Both the position numbers and the translations under genes were made by a program. The notes below the pieces were generated by a model. That model saw only the letters and a list, made by a program, of their open reading frames with translations, searched no databases and had not been told where the DNA came from. This document shows positions 18,461 through 28,501 of a stretch of DNA of 54,403 nt, in pieces (positions within the stretch are counted from its first letter, which is position 1; the number at the start of each line of letters is the position of its first letter). The stretch spans positions 1 to 54,403 of the forward strand of contig JBDSRX010000016.1 in assembly GCA_039929105.1 (NCBI GenBank), given 5' to 3'. The DNA is from Candidatus Dojkabacteria bacterium (lineage in GTDB: Bacteria > Patescibacteriota > Dojkabacteria > J137).

Positions 18461-19312
18461 TTAAAACATTTTTTCAATTACTTTATGTTCTGAAACGTAG
18501 AATAATCTCCATGTAAGCATGAAGAATACAAACGAAAGTAATGAAACTAATATAAAACTTCCTACATTATCAATCTTTCCGTAAACAATAGTATCTCTTA
18601 CTGCTCCTATTAAATAAGTAAGAGGATTTAACTCGATTAATCTTGTTAAAAATTCTGACTTGATGGTAGATTGAATGTAAACGATAGGGGTTATATAAAA
18701 TACTAAACCTAATAGAATATTGAATATGTTTGTTAAGTCTGTTGCAACTACAGAAATAACACTAATAAATAATCCCATTCCTGCTCCTAAAAAGAACAAT
18801 GGAAGAATCACTATTGGGAATAAAATAATTGCCCAACTAGGTGTAACACCGAAAAGTAATAAAACAATTATATTTACTATAAATGTAACTAAAAAGTTAG
18901 CTAGACTTTGTGCTGTTTGTTTGACTAATAAAACTTCGTGAGGATATTTAACTTGCATTATAAAACCTGATCCTGCTCCTAATGTTCCTGCTGCAGAGCC
19001 ATAGAAACCCATAAACAAACCCCAAATTGAGGATGAAAGTAACACGTAAGCAGGGAACGGAATCCCAGTTGATCCAGGTTGTAGAACTCCTGCATAATTT
19101 AAGAACACCCAAGAAATAATTCCTACAATTGGAGAAATAAATATCCAAGTAAGTCCTAGAAAAGACTTTTTGTAAGACATAAAGAAATCTCTTTTGAATA
19201 GCTGGTAAATAAGATCCCTTGAGTTAATTATGTTTCTAATCATAATTCCCCAAGTTTCAAATAAACCTGTCTTAGATCTTTCGTTTGGTGTGTAGATTGT
19301 TATATTTGACAT
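18461..19312 (-). CDS. wzm: ABC-2 type polysaccharide exporter permease (Wzm/TagG-like)
   Basis: Six predicted TM segments; adjacent to wzt. Confidence 0.85.
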   Translation of the reverse strand: MSNITIYTPNERSKTGLFETWGIMIRNIINSRDLIYQLFKRDFFMSYKKSFLGLTWIFISPIVGIISWVFLNYAGVLQPGSTGIPFPAYVLLSSSIWGLFMGFYGSAAGTLGAGSGFIMQVKYPHEVLLVKQTAQSLANFLVTFIVNIIVLLLFGVTPSWAIILFPIVILPLFFLGAGMGLFISVISVVATDLTNIFNILLGLVFYITPIVYIQSTIKSEFLTRLIELNPLTYLIGAVRDTIVYGKIDNVGSFILVSLLSFVFFMLTWRLFYVSEHKVIEKMF

Positions 19313-19321
19313 AGATTGGTT

Positions 19322-20365
19322 TTAATTTCTTCCTCCTAAGAATAAAGTCGAAAGAAGTGTACTTTGTCTAATTATATACTTAGAAATGAATATCGATAAG
19401 CTAAGAACAATTATAGTACACAATGCAATGGAAATATAATCCAAAGCACTGCTTTCTAATCCTACAATACCCATTATACCTACGAAACCTAATAAATTGA
19501 AATGTATTACATATATGTCCAAAGTGTTATTTCCCAAGAATTCTAAAATATCTTTGATTCTTTGATTAGTAATCTTATATAAAATCGTCACAAAGAAGAT
19601 AGAACCAAGCAATGCAACTATATATCTAAATAATGTAGGTACAATCCAAACATATGTATGTAAGAAATTAACAATAAATTTGGGGATTCTCGGATCCTTT
19701 ACTCTATTCCAAAAGAACAATAAAGTAGGATATCCAACAAATATTCCCTCAGTAATCAGTTTTGTATATTTTTTAAAGAATTCAATGTGTTCTGCAATTA
19801 AATACCCAATTATAAAAGAAGGAAAATGCCATTTTAACAAACCGATTCCTAATAGTTCATAGTGAATTAGGTAAAGGTATAGAATTGTTCCTACTATTAA
19901 TACTTTCTCTAGATGACTTTTCTTTATTATAGTTTGAGGTATTCTTTCAAATTCTTTAATAAGAAATAGAACTACAAAACATAAAAAAAGAATCCAAAGA
20001 AACCATAAACCATAATCTGGACTTTTTATTAGTTGGATAATGTATGTTCTAATATCAATTGTTCTGAAAGTACCTCGTACAAGATATCCATAAATAAAAT
20101 ACCAACTTAAAAAAGGAACAACTAAGGCTAAAAATCTTTTCTTAATCTTTTTAAAGAAAGGTTCATCTTTCATTGAAATAAATGCAACATAACCACTTAT
20201 ACCTATAAACATAGGCATATGGAAAGAATAAATAAGTCGGAAGAATAAATTATCGTCAAAGTTTGGGATATTAGTTTGGATAAGATGGCCAACAACAACG
20301 AGAATTATTAATCCTCCTTTTATTATATCCAGAAATGGATTGCGGGGTTTCTTCTGAGGTTGCAT
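19322..20365 (-). CDS. Acyltransferase family 3 membrane protein (sugar O-acyltransferase-like)
   Basis: About 10 TM helices; N-terminal FLDIIKGGLIILVVVGH motif typical of acyltransferase_3. Confidence 0.75.
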   Translation of the reverse strand: MQPQKKPRNPFLDIIKGGLIILVVVGHLIQTNIPNFDDNLFFRLIYSFHMPMFIGISGYVAFISMKDEPFFKKIKKRFLALVVPFLSWYFIYGYLVRGTFRTIDIRTYIIQLIKSPDYGLWFLWILFLCFVVLFLIKEFERIPQTIIKKSHLEKVLIVGTILYLYLIHYELLGIGLLKWHFPSFIIGYLIAEHIEFFKKYTKLITEGIFVGYPTLLFFWNRVKDPRIPKFIVNFLHTYVWIVPTLFRYIVALLGSIFFVTILYKITNQRIKDILEFLGNNTLDIYVIHFNLLGFVGIMGIVGLESSALDYISIALCTIIVLSLSIFISKYIIRQSTLLSTLFLGGRN

Positions 20366-20478
20366 ATAGATAATAAGATGTCTATTAACCTAGAAGTTTA
20401 GCTAAAAGAAACTTACATATCTATGCAATTTTTACTATACACCGGAAGGTAATTATATGGCTTGTTAGAGAATGATAA

Positions 20479-21423
20479 TTAGACTTCTCTAATATTTGCT
20501 CTATTTTCCATAAACCATTTGTACATCTTTTCTAAACCTTCTTTTAAAGGAGTTTTTGTTTTCCAACCTAATGCATTTACTTTAGAAACATCTAAATATC
20601 TTCTTGGTGTACCATCTGGTTTTGAAGTATCGAAAGTAAGTTCACCTTCAAAACCTGTAATTTCTTTAATTAAAGTTGCTAGTTCCTTAATTGTTGTTTC
20701 TTCTCCTGGTCCAATATTAATATGCTCCAGACCATCGTAATTATTCATTAAGAATATTAATGCATCCGCGACATCTTCTGAAAATATAAAATCTCTTGTT
20801 GGATTTCCAGTACCCCAGACAACAACTTCTTTTTCACCTTTCTCTTTTGTTTCAATAAATCTTCTTAAAAGCATTGGAGTTACATGAGCATTTTGTGTAT
20901 GAAAATTATCATTTGGTCCATAAATATTCGAAGGCATTACAGAAATAAAATTATCACCGTATTGTTCTTTAAATTTTTTAGCAAACATTAATGAGTTTAT
21001 CTTACTCATTGCGTAGCCTTCGTTTGTATATTCTAGTGGCCCAGTTAAAAGTGAATCCTCTTTGACTGGGATAGGAGCAGCAACTGGATAAATACAAATA
21101 CTCCCAAAGTTCAAAAGTTTCTTTACTTTATATTTATGAGCACTATAAATAACATTAGTATTTATCATTGTATTATCGTACATAAAGTCTGCAGGATATG
21201 TTTTGTTTCCAATAATACCTCCAACTCTAGCAGCTACATGAAAAACGAACTCAGGTTGATTCTTAGCAAAAAAATCGTCAACAGATTTAGGATCGATTAA
21301 ATCTAACTCTTTATGAGATGCTGTAAGAATATTTGTGTAACCTTGTTCTTTCAATGCATTTATTAATGCAGAACCTACCAAACCGCTGTGTCCACTTACA
21401 TAAATTTTTGAATTCTTTTCCAT
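20479..21423 (-). CDS. fcl: GDP-L-fucose synthase
   Basis: KIYVSGHSGLVGSAL Rossmann N-terminus, short-chain dehydrogenase YAMSK, length and context next to gmd. Confidence 0.9.
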   Translation of the reverse strand: MEKNSKIYVSGHSGLVGSALINALKEQGYTNILTASHKELDLIDPKSVDDFFAKNQPEFVFHVAARVGGIIGNKTYPADFMYDNTMINTNVIYSAHKYKVKKLLNFGSICIYPVAAPIPVKEDSLLTGPLEYTNEGYAMSKINSLMFAKKFKEQYGDNFISVMPSNIYGPNDNFHTQNAHVTPMLLRRFIETKEKGEKEVVVWGTGNPTRDFIFSEDVADALIFLMNNYDGLEHINIGPGEETTIKELATLIKEITGFEGELTFDTSKPDGTPRRYLDVSKVNALGWKTKTPLKEGLEKMYKWFMENRANIREV

Positions 21424-21425
21424 CT

Positions 21426-21950
21426 TTATTTTTTATTAATAAATTCTTCTAAAGCTAATTTTACATGAGGGAAACCAATTTTCTCAAATGGTATTTTATC
21501 TTTACTTATAAATTGTGCATTCATAATCTCAGCTTTATCCATTGAGATTTCATTAGATTTTAACTTTCCAGTAAAGACTATAGAAATATGAGGTTTTGTA
21601 ACTCCTTTGAATTCATACGTATGCATATAACTCCCTAGGTATTTGAGTTCATCAATTTCTACTCCTACTTCTTCACGAGCCTCTCTTTTAATAGTCGCTT
21701 CTGCATTCTCATCATTAACATCTACAAACCCAGCTGGAACATCCCATGTACCTTTGAAAGGATCTTTAGCTCGTTCTATCATTAAAATTTGTCCATTATC
21801 ATTTTCGATAATTCCCATCACACCAATAGAGGGGTCTATGAATGTTTCATTGCCACAGCTCTTGCATTTGAAAGAATGAATCTCAGTTTCATGTAGATTG
21901 CCACCGCACTTATAACAATGTTTATAAATTTCTTTTAAAGTTTTAGACAT
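21426..21950 (-). CDS. NUDIX hydrolase with N-terminal zinc ribbon (Gmm-like position between gmd and fcl)
   Basis: CYKCGG...CKSCGN; Nudix box GFVDVNDENAEATIKREAREEVG. Confidence 0.8.
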   Translation of the reverse strand: MSKTLKEIYKHCYKCGGNLHETEIHSFKCKSCGNETFIDPSIGVMGIIENDNGQILMIERAKDPFKGTWDVPAGFVDVNDENAEATIKREAREEVGVEIDELKYLGSYMHTYEFKGVTKPHISIVFTGKLKSNEISMDKAEIMNAQFISKDKIPFEKIGFPHVKLALEEFINKK

Positions 21951-21953
21951 AGT

Positions 21954-22997
21954 TTAATAATCAAATTCATGAGTTTTTTCGTTCTCTAAATCGAATCTAA
22001 CCATTTCTCTAATTAAACTCTCAAAGGTATATTTAGGTTCCCACTTTAAAACTGTTTTAGCTTTTGTAGAATCTCCCAAAAGTAATTCAACTTCTGCAGG
22101 TCTAAAATATTTTGGATCAACTTTTACAATTTCTTTTCCTGTAGCTTTATCGATTCCAACTTCATCAACTCCTTTCCCTTTCCATTCAATATTAATTCCA
22201 ATCTCGTTCGCTGCAAACTCGCAACATTCTCTAACGCTATGCATCTCTCCTGTTGCAAGAACATAATCATCACCAGTTTCTTGTTGGAGCATTAACCACA
22301 TTCCCTCAATGTAATCTTTAGCATGTCCCCAATCACGCATTGAGTCAAGATTTCCCAAGTAAAGACATTCTTCGTTTCCTAATTTAATATTTGCTAATCC
22401 TCTTGTAATTTTTCTTGTTACAAAAGTTTTTCCTCTTCTTGGAGATTCGTGATTGAATAAAATTCCATTACTAGCATGGATTCCATAACTCTCTCTATAG
22501 TTAACTGTAATCCAGTATCCAAATAATTTACTTACTCCATAGGGTGATCTTGGGTAGAAAGGTGTTGTTTCTTTTTGTGGAGTCTCAACTACTTTGCCGA
22601 ACATTTCGCTTGAAGAAGCTTGGTAGAATTTTGCTTTTGGAGCATAGTTTCTAATTGCCTCTACTAATCTTAAAGTTCCAACGGCTACTACATCTGCTGT
22701 GTATTCTGGAATATCAAAACTTACTTTAACCATACTCATAGCTCCAAGGTTATAAACTTCGTCAGGTTGAATCTCTCTCACTAACTTATCAATAACTGAA
22801 GATTCAGATAGATCTCCAAAATGTAAAGTTAGCTTTGGGTGCTTGTGTTGGTCTTGATAGATATTATCAATTCTATTTGTATTGAAGTTTGACTCTCTTC
22901 TAACAATTCCATGGACTTCGTAACCTTTCTCAAGTAGAAACTCTGTTAGGTAAGATCCATCTTGTCCTGTGATTCCTGTTATTAATGCTTTTTTCAT
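21954..22997 (-). CDS. gmd: GDP-mannose 4,6-dehydratase
   Basis: [28 protein letters not shown]...SEMFG...YGVSKL. Confidence 0.95.
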   Translation of the reverse strand: MKKALITGITGQDGSYLTEFLLEKGYEVHGIVRRESNFNTNRIDNIYQDQHKHPKLTLHFGDLSESSVIDKLVREIQPDEVYNLGAMSMVKVSFDIPEYTADVVAVGTLRLVEAIRNYAPKAKFYQASSSEMFGKVVETPQKETTPFYPRSPYGVSKLFGYWITVNYRESYGIHASNGILFNHESPRRGKTFVTRKITRGLANIKLGNEECLYLGNLDSMRDWGHAKDYIEGMWLMLQQETGDDYVLATGEMHSVRECCEFAANEIGINIEWKGKGVDEVGIDKATGKEIVKVDPKYFRPAEVELLLGDSTKAKTVLKWEPKYTFESLIREMVRFDLENEKTHEFDY

Positions 22998-23029
22998 GTA
23001 ATTGAATTAAAATATATGAATTACTTTAA

Positions 23030-23054
23030 GTCCCCTCGTTAACTCTAGGGATAC
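23030..23054. repeat. Short GC-rich hairpin element (same family) in the gmd leader
   Basis: gtcccctcgttaactctagggatac, 33 nt upstream of the gmd start on the mRNA strand. Confidence 0.45.
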
Positions 23055-23102
23055 AAAAATCTAAGCATTTATATCATAAATGCAAGATTTTTAATATTTT
23101 AC

Positions 23103-24062
23103 ATGATAAATAGAATAAAAGGACAGCTTCAAAAATTTATAGGACTGCAAGAAACCTATCCAACTTTCACGAAAGAATTAGCTAGATATTCCGAACATAT
23201 TAATAGAAATTCTAGCTTTTCTTCACGAGCTGAGATAGATATTATAATGCCTACATTTAATAGAGTGAGCGTTACTAAAAGATGCATTGAAAACTTACTT
23301 AAGACTACTAAAGTGAAGTTTAATCTTATTATTATTGATAATAATTCTGATAGTAAAACAAAAACATATCTCAAAAGTATTGTTAGTAAACAAATTAAAG
23401 TTATATTTCTCTCAAACAATTTAGGTGGATCTGGCTCCAGAATGGAAGGTTTAAAATTTGCGTCGACAGACTATGTTGCTTTCGTAGATAACGATATTTA
23501 TACAATGCCGTTTTACTTTGAAAATTTAATTAAGACTTTAGATGAAAATATAGATATTAGCGCTGTTCAATCTAAGGTTATATATCCTAATAAACTAATA
23601 CAAGTTAATAGGCCAACTTTCACAATAGAAGAAGATTGGATTACCTTTAATGATAAAGATTTAGATAAATCATATAAAGATAATGAATCTGAAACTTCAG
23701 AATTAATTAATTGGTTGCCAAGTGGAGCTACTTTATGGAGAAAATCTGTATTTGAGAATGAAGGTTTCGATTTAGATTTTAATACTTCTTACGAAGATAA
23801 CGATTTCTCATATTCCCTACATCAAAAAGGTTACAAGTTTATGAATAACCATAAAGCTATTTGTCTGCATCTTAGTTCACAATTCACCCCATCAAGTGTG
23901 AGTGACGTTTATACTAAGGGTAGATTTGATAAAGGAATTGTTATAAATTCTTTAAAGCAATTCAAAAAGAAACACGGACTTTATTTATCTTTTGGAGATA
24001 AAGAGAAATTTGCTAAGTATATGGGATTTGAATCTTCAAAAGAGTTAACTAATTCTTTATAG
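23103..24062 (+). CDS. Family 2 glycosyltransferase
   Basis: IIMPTFNRVSVTKRCIENLL...IIIDNNSDSKT...FVDNDI. Confidence 0.7.
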   Translation: MINRIKGQLQKFIGLQETYPTFTKELARYSEHINRNSSFSSRAEIDIIMPTFNRVSVTKRCIENLLKTTKVKFNLIIIDNNSDSKTKTYLKSIVSKQIKVIFLSNNLGGSGSRMEGLKFASTDYVAFVDNDIYTMPFYFENLIKTLDENIDISAVQSKVIYPNKLIQVNRPTFTIEEDWITFNDKDLDKSYKDNESETSELINWLPSGATLWRKSVFENEGFDLDFNTSYEDNDFSYSLHQKGYKFMNNHKAICLHLSSQFTPSSVSDVYTKGRFDKGIVINSLKQFKKKHGLYLSFGDKEKFAKYMGFESSKELTNSL

Positions 24063-26960
24063 AGCTACGAAGTATCTTGTCCATAGTAATCCTCCAGAAA
24101 GAACTGCTTGAAACATCTTTGTCCCTGATGTAGTCATATATACCTTTTGATATTCACTACCTCCAGAAAGCACCCAATTAGTCCATATAGGGTTTGAAGA
24201 ACCATCTAACGTTCCATCGGTAGATCTAGTCCATACATATCCAGTTGCGAGAACGGATTCAAAGAGTCTATTATTAAAGTTTACAGAAAATACTCCATAA
24301 TTCGCTGTCTTTCCTGCTATCCAAGCACTCCAAATTGGAACATTTGAACCATCTAGAGCTCCATCTGTAAATCTTGTCCAGGAGTATCCACCAGCTACAA
24401 CTTCTTGATAGAGCTTACTATTGGAAGTAGTCATGGTTACCCCACTAGGAGTACCTCCATTAAATACCCATGTAGTCCAAATAGGGTTATTAGAACCATC
24501 CAGAGCCCCTGTTGTAGATCTAGTATAAACAAACCCACCAGCAACTACAGATTGAAATAATCTTGTGCCTAAACTTCCAAAGAAAATATCTGCACTTGTA
24601 CCACCACTCAAAATCCAATTACCCCAAATAGGATCACCAGAACCATCTACGTTACTACCGGTATGGTATCTAGTATAAACATACCCTCCTGCAACTAATG
24701 CTTGGTAAATTTTATTATTTGAACTATAAATATATAATTTTTTATTTGGTGCTGCTCCACTTGTAAATTTCCAATCTGTCCATACAAGATTTCCACCACC
24801 ATCTGTTGAACCAGTAGTAGTTCTACTCCACACATTACCTACTCCATCTGCAACTGTTTGGAATAATTTATTATTTAGATCTACCATATACACATCGCCA
24901 GCAGTCCCACCGCTAGCTATCCATGAACTCCAAATTGGGCCACCACCATCGACGTTTCCACTTGTATGAAATCTAGTATAAACTATTCCACCATCAGCAA
25001 TTGATTGATATAGCTTATTATTTGAAACAGCCATAAAGACTTTATTCACTCCTGGATTTCCACCTCCACTTAAAATCCAGCCTCCCCACACAGGATTATT
25101 TGAAGAATCAGTTGCACCTGTTGTTGATCTTGTTAAAACATAATTACCAGAATTAATAATTGTTTGAAATAATGTTCCATTTATATCTATCATTACAAGG
25201 TCTTTATTCGTATTACCAAACGGTATCCAAGGAAATCCAACGCCTAGAGAAACTTGGTCCCTTGCAACTTTAATGTTCACTATTCCATAACCTGTTTGAG
25301 TATCGTATCCTGCAGTTGATACATCTGTTGCAGAACTTCTTAAATAAGATTTAATTAGTGCTGGAGATAAATTAGAATATTCTGCCCATAGTAATGCAGC
25401 TGCAGATGTAACTTGGGGAGCTGCAAAAGAAGTTCCTATCCAATATTTATTTGTGTAGGTAGTAAAGTTTCTACTTGCCACTGGAGTAACAGCCCAACTA
25501 TCTGCATCGTTAAATGTTTGAGCAAAAGCAGCATTTCCTGCACTTGCTCCAGTTCCAACTGGTGCAACTAAATCTAATCCAGTTCCATAACTTGAGTAAG
25601 ATGCTCTTGTATCTGAAGTATTGGAAGCTCCAACAGAAATAACATTATTATATGAGTTAGAATAGGCAGAAGGATATTCTAAAGAACTTAATGCTTGATT
25701 CCCGCTTGAAATAATTAATAAAACTCCATTCGAATTAGCATAACTAATTGCATCTTCTAGAGTTGCACTTGGAGAGGTTAATCCTGCAATACTAATATTA
25801 AGAATCTTTGCCCCTTTATTTACAGCATATCTAATTCCTTGTGCAATTGTAAATGTTGTACCAGTTCCAGTATAGTCTAATACTTTAATTGGCATTATTT
25901 GAGTTTTAAATGCACCTCCGAAACTACTTGCTGAATTATCTGAAAGTGATGCAATCATGTTTGCTACATAAGAACCATGCCCATCGTCATCGTTAGGGTG
26001 ACCTTCTTTCACCACCCAGGAAGTTCCAGATGCACAATTACTTGCCCATTGACCAGAACTTAAAAGTGAAAGATTATCAACAACGGCAATCATATCTGCT
26101 CCATGTAAGTCATCGCATATAAAATTCCCATCCTCATCGTTACCAGTGTAATTTTCTGAAGGATTAGTCCATAAAGATATTCCAGTTAATTCTGGAGCAG
26201 GAGTAAAGTTAAGAGGAGTTCTATCTATAAAACTTGAACCTCCAAGATACTCTCTATATGTCGCACCTGTATTAGTTTCAAAAGCCATTCCAGTATCAAG
26301 AACTGCAACTATTAATGAACTTGATCCTCCGCATGCATTTGCTGAAGGACAACCCTCATCTTTATATGTTTCTGATAGTTTAGTCTTTAAGTGATACCAG
26401 TGATTTGTATTATTGAAATCATTAGGTTTAGCAGTTGTACCAGTAGTTGTCCAAGCTTCTTTCTTTACAATTTGGTTTGTCTCAACGTATTCAACCGAAT
26501 CATTTAAATTAAACAATGTCATTTGGTCTATCTTTTCTTCCTGGTTATCAATTTTTATTAATCTCACATCCTCACCAAGTAAGGCAGTATATCTGTTTGG
26601 AATTACATCTTCTGGGGCAACCTCTTGAGAAACTCTATCTGCAGATTCTTCATCTTTAAATTTAACTACAAAGAAATTATCTTCGGCAGGAACAATCAAA
26701 GCTTCTCTAACTTTCGCAGTTGCATCATTTAATTCTTCTTCAGAGTATTCACTAAATTTATCTTTTACATTATCTAAAGCATTTTGTTCATCACCTGTAA
26801 TAGATTCCTCAGTTGGAAAAGATACAGGAAATGATGAAGGTAAATCTTCTGCTAAAATTAATTTAGGGGATATAAAAGAAACTGTAAGTAGTGAAGATAA
26901 AGCAACTATTGAAGCTTTTCTAATCACATTAGTAATAATTGTTGATTTTGTAATTTGCAT
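24057..26960 (-). CDS. Secreted subtilisin-like (S8) serine peptidase fused to a C-terminal multi-blade repeat domain
   Basis: Signal-peptide-like N-terminus; catalytic triad contexts VAVLDTGM, HGSYVANM, GTSFAAPQV; seven to eight ~50-aa repeats at the C-terminus. Confidence 0.85.
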   Translation of the reverse strand: MQITKSTIITNVIRKASIVALSSLLTVSFISPKLILAEDLPSSFPVSFPTEESITGDEQNALDNVKDKFSEYSEEELNDATAKVREALIVPAEDNFFVVKFKDEESADRVSQEVAPEDVIPNRYTALLGEDVRLIKIDNQEEKIDQMTLFNLNDSVEYVETNQIVKKEAWTTTGTTAKPNDFNNTNHWYHLKTKLSETYKDEGCPSANACGGSSSLIVAVLDTGMAFETNTGATYREYLGGSSFIDRTPLNFTPAPELTGISLWTNPSENYTGNDEDGNFICDDLHGADMIAVVDNLSLLSSGQWASNCASGTSWVVKEGHPNDDDGHGSYVANMIASLSDNSASSFGGAFKTQIMPIKVLDYTGTGTTFTIAQGIRYAVNKGAKILNISIAGLTSPSATLEDAISYANSNGVLLIISSGNQALSSLEYPSAYSNSYNNVISVGASNTSDTRASYSSYGTGLDLVAPVGTGASAGNAAFAQTFNDADSWAVTPVASRNFTTYTNKYWIGTSFAAPQVTSAAALLWAEYSNLSPALIKSYLRSSATDVSTAGYDTQTGYGIVNIKVARDQVSLGVGFPWIPFGNTNKDLVMIDINGTLFQTIINSGNYVLTRSTTGATDSSNNPVWGGWILSGGGNPGVNKVFMAVSNNKLYQSIADGGIVYTRFHTSGNVDGGGPIWSSWIASGGTAGDVYMVDLNNKLFQTVADGVGNVWSRTTTGSTDGGGNLVWTDWKFTSGAAPNKKLYIYSSNNKIYQALVAGGYVYTRYHTGSNVDGSGDPIWGNWILSGGTSADIFFGSLGTRLFQSVVAGGFVYTRSTTGALDGSNNPIWTTWVFNGGTPSGVTMTTSNSKLYQEVVAGGYSWTRFTDGALDGSNVPIWSAWIAGKTANYGVFSVNFNNRLFESVLATGYVWTRSTDGTLDGSSNPIWTNWVLSGGSEYQKVYMTTSGTKMFQAVLSGGLLWTRYFVAL
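24060..25250 (-). repeat. Degenerate tandem coding repeats (~150 nt unit) forming the protease C-terminal domain
   Basis: Recurrent L[FY]Q.V..GG.V[YW]TR...G..DG..NP[IV]W..W..SGG units read from the translation. Confidence 0.75.
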
Positions 26961-27047
26961 AATAAGATAGCGTACTTCTAAACATATAAAATTGTACAGA
27001 GATTCGACTAAAAAGTATATAATTTATTAATATTAAAAACACCATTT

Positions 27048-28040
27048 ATGAGAAAGATTCTAGTTAGTGGAGGAGCAGGTTATATTGGTTCACATATGGT
27101 AAAGTCCCTTTTAGAACATGGATACGATGTAACAGTATGGGATAATTTCTCGAATAGTTCTTTAAAAAACTTGGAAAAGGTTCAAGAAATTACTGGTAAG
27201 AAAATCGAGGTTGTAGATATTGATTTAAGAAAAGTAATAAAACAGAACCTTTTAGATATAGATACGATAGTTAATTTTGCAGCTTTAAAGTCTGTAGGGG
27301 AATCTGTAAAAGATCCATTGGCGTATTATGAAAATAATGTTTACGGTACTGTTAATCTTTTGAATTTTGCAAAGGCTAACTCAATTAATAAGTTTATTTT
27401 CTCTTCCACATCCGCTGTTTATGGAAATGCTCCAACAGAAGTTGTTAACGAAGAAACCCCTACAAATCCAGAATCACCTTATGGAGAATCAAAATTAATG
27501 AGTGAGAAAGTTATAAGAGATACAAATAAAGCTTTTGGAATTAATGCAGTTCTTTTAAGGTATTTTAATGTAGCTGGAAATGATGACAGCGGTTTAATTG
27601 GAGATGAACTTAAGAATCCATTAAACCTAATCCCAAGAATGATTATGGCACATTTAGGATATATAGACTCTAAGTTACAAGTTTTTGGGGATGATTACCC
27701 AACTAAGGATGGAACAGGAGTAAGAGATTACATACATGTTGTTGATTTAGTAAATGCTCACATTAAAGCTATAGAATTTTTAAATAATCACAAAGGAGTT
27801 GAAGTCTTTAATTTAGGAACAGGTAATGGGTTTAGTGTATTAGAAATAATAAAGGCATTTGAAGAGGTGACAGGTGAGAAACTGGAATACGATATGGTTC
27901 CAAGAAGACCTGGGGATGTTGCAACCACATCTACTAATACAGATAAAGCTGCTAAGTTTTTAGACTGGAAGGCGGAGAAAGATTTAAAACAAATGATATC
28001 TTCTTCGTGGCTTTGGTATACAAAGCACTATAAAGCCTAA
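27048..28040 (+). CDS. galE: UDP-glucose 4-epimerase
   Basis: ILVSGGAGYIGSH, SPYGESKLM (YxxxK), length 330 aa. Confidence 0.9.
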   Translation: MRKILVSGGAGYIGSHMVKSLLEHGYDVTVWDNFSNSSLKNLEKVQEITGKKIEVVDIDLRKVIKQNLLDIDTIVNFAALKSVGESVKDPLAYYENNVYGTVNLLNFAKANSINKFIFSSTSAVYGNAPTEVVNEETPTNPESPYGESKLMSEKVIRDTNKAFGINAVLLRYFNVAGNDDSGLIGDELKNPLNLIPRMIMAHLGYIDSKLQVFGDDYPTKDGTGVRDYIHVVDLVNAHIKAIEFLNNHKGVEVFNLGTGNGFSVLEIIKAFEEVTGEKLEYDMVPRRPGDVATTSTNTDKAAKFLDWKAEKDLKQMISSSWLWYTKHYKA

Positions 28041-28501
28041 GCTTGTTTTAGAAGATTCTCTATGAAAGGAATTTGTGCAGGGTTCAATTTGACCTTTGCT
28101 GTTTCACTATCGAACCACTCTGCTCTATCTATTTCTGGAATATCAATCAATTTACCAGATTTAAATGGCCATTCAATTTCAATATGATTACTATTTGTAG
28201 TTATTTCACCAATATCCAATTTGTAACCGAATGCATAAACAGTCTTCCCAGATTTCATTTTAATTGAACCAAGATCAAGTAAGTCCGAAGTATTGATTTC
28301 AATTTTCATACCTAATTCTTCATTTAATTCCCTAGCTCCTGTTTGCTTTAAATCTTCATTCCCTTCTACTAGTCCCTTTGGGATACTCCATGCACCATCA
28401 TCTTTATTAGACCAAAATGGACCGCCAGGATGAACTAGAAGTACTTGAATATCTTCATTTACCTTTCTATAAAGTAAAACTCCCGAACTAGTTTTTGCCA
28501 T
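28037..28501 (-). CDS. NUDIX domain protein (COG4119-like)
   Basis: SGVLLYR...VLLVHPGGPFWSNKDDGAWSIPKG...ARELNEELG. Confidence 0.8.
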   Translation of the reverse strand: MAKTSSGVLLYRKVNEDIQVLLVHPGGPFWSNKDDGAWSIPKGLVEGNEDLKQTGARELNEELGMKIEINTSDLLDLGSIKMKSGKTVYAFGYKLDIGEITTNSNHIEIEWPFKSGKLIDIPEIDRAEWFDSETAKVKLNPAQIPFIENLLKQA

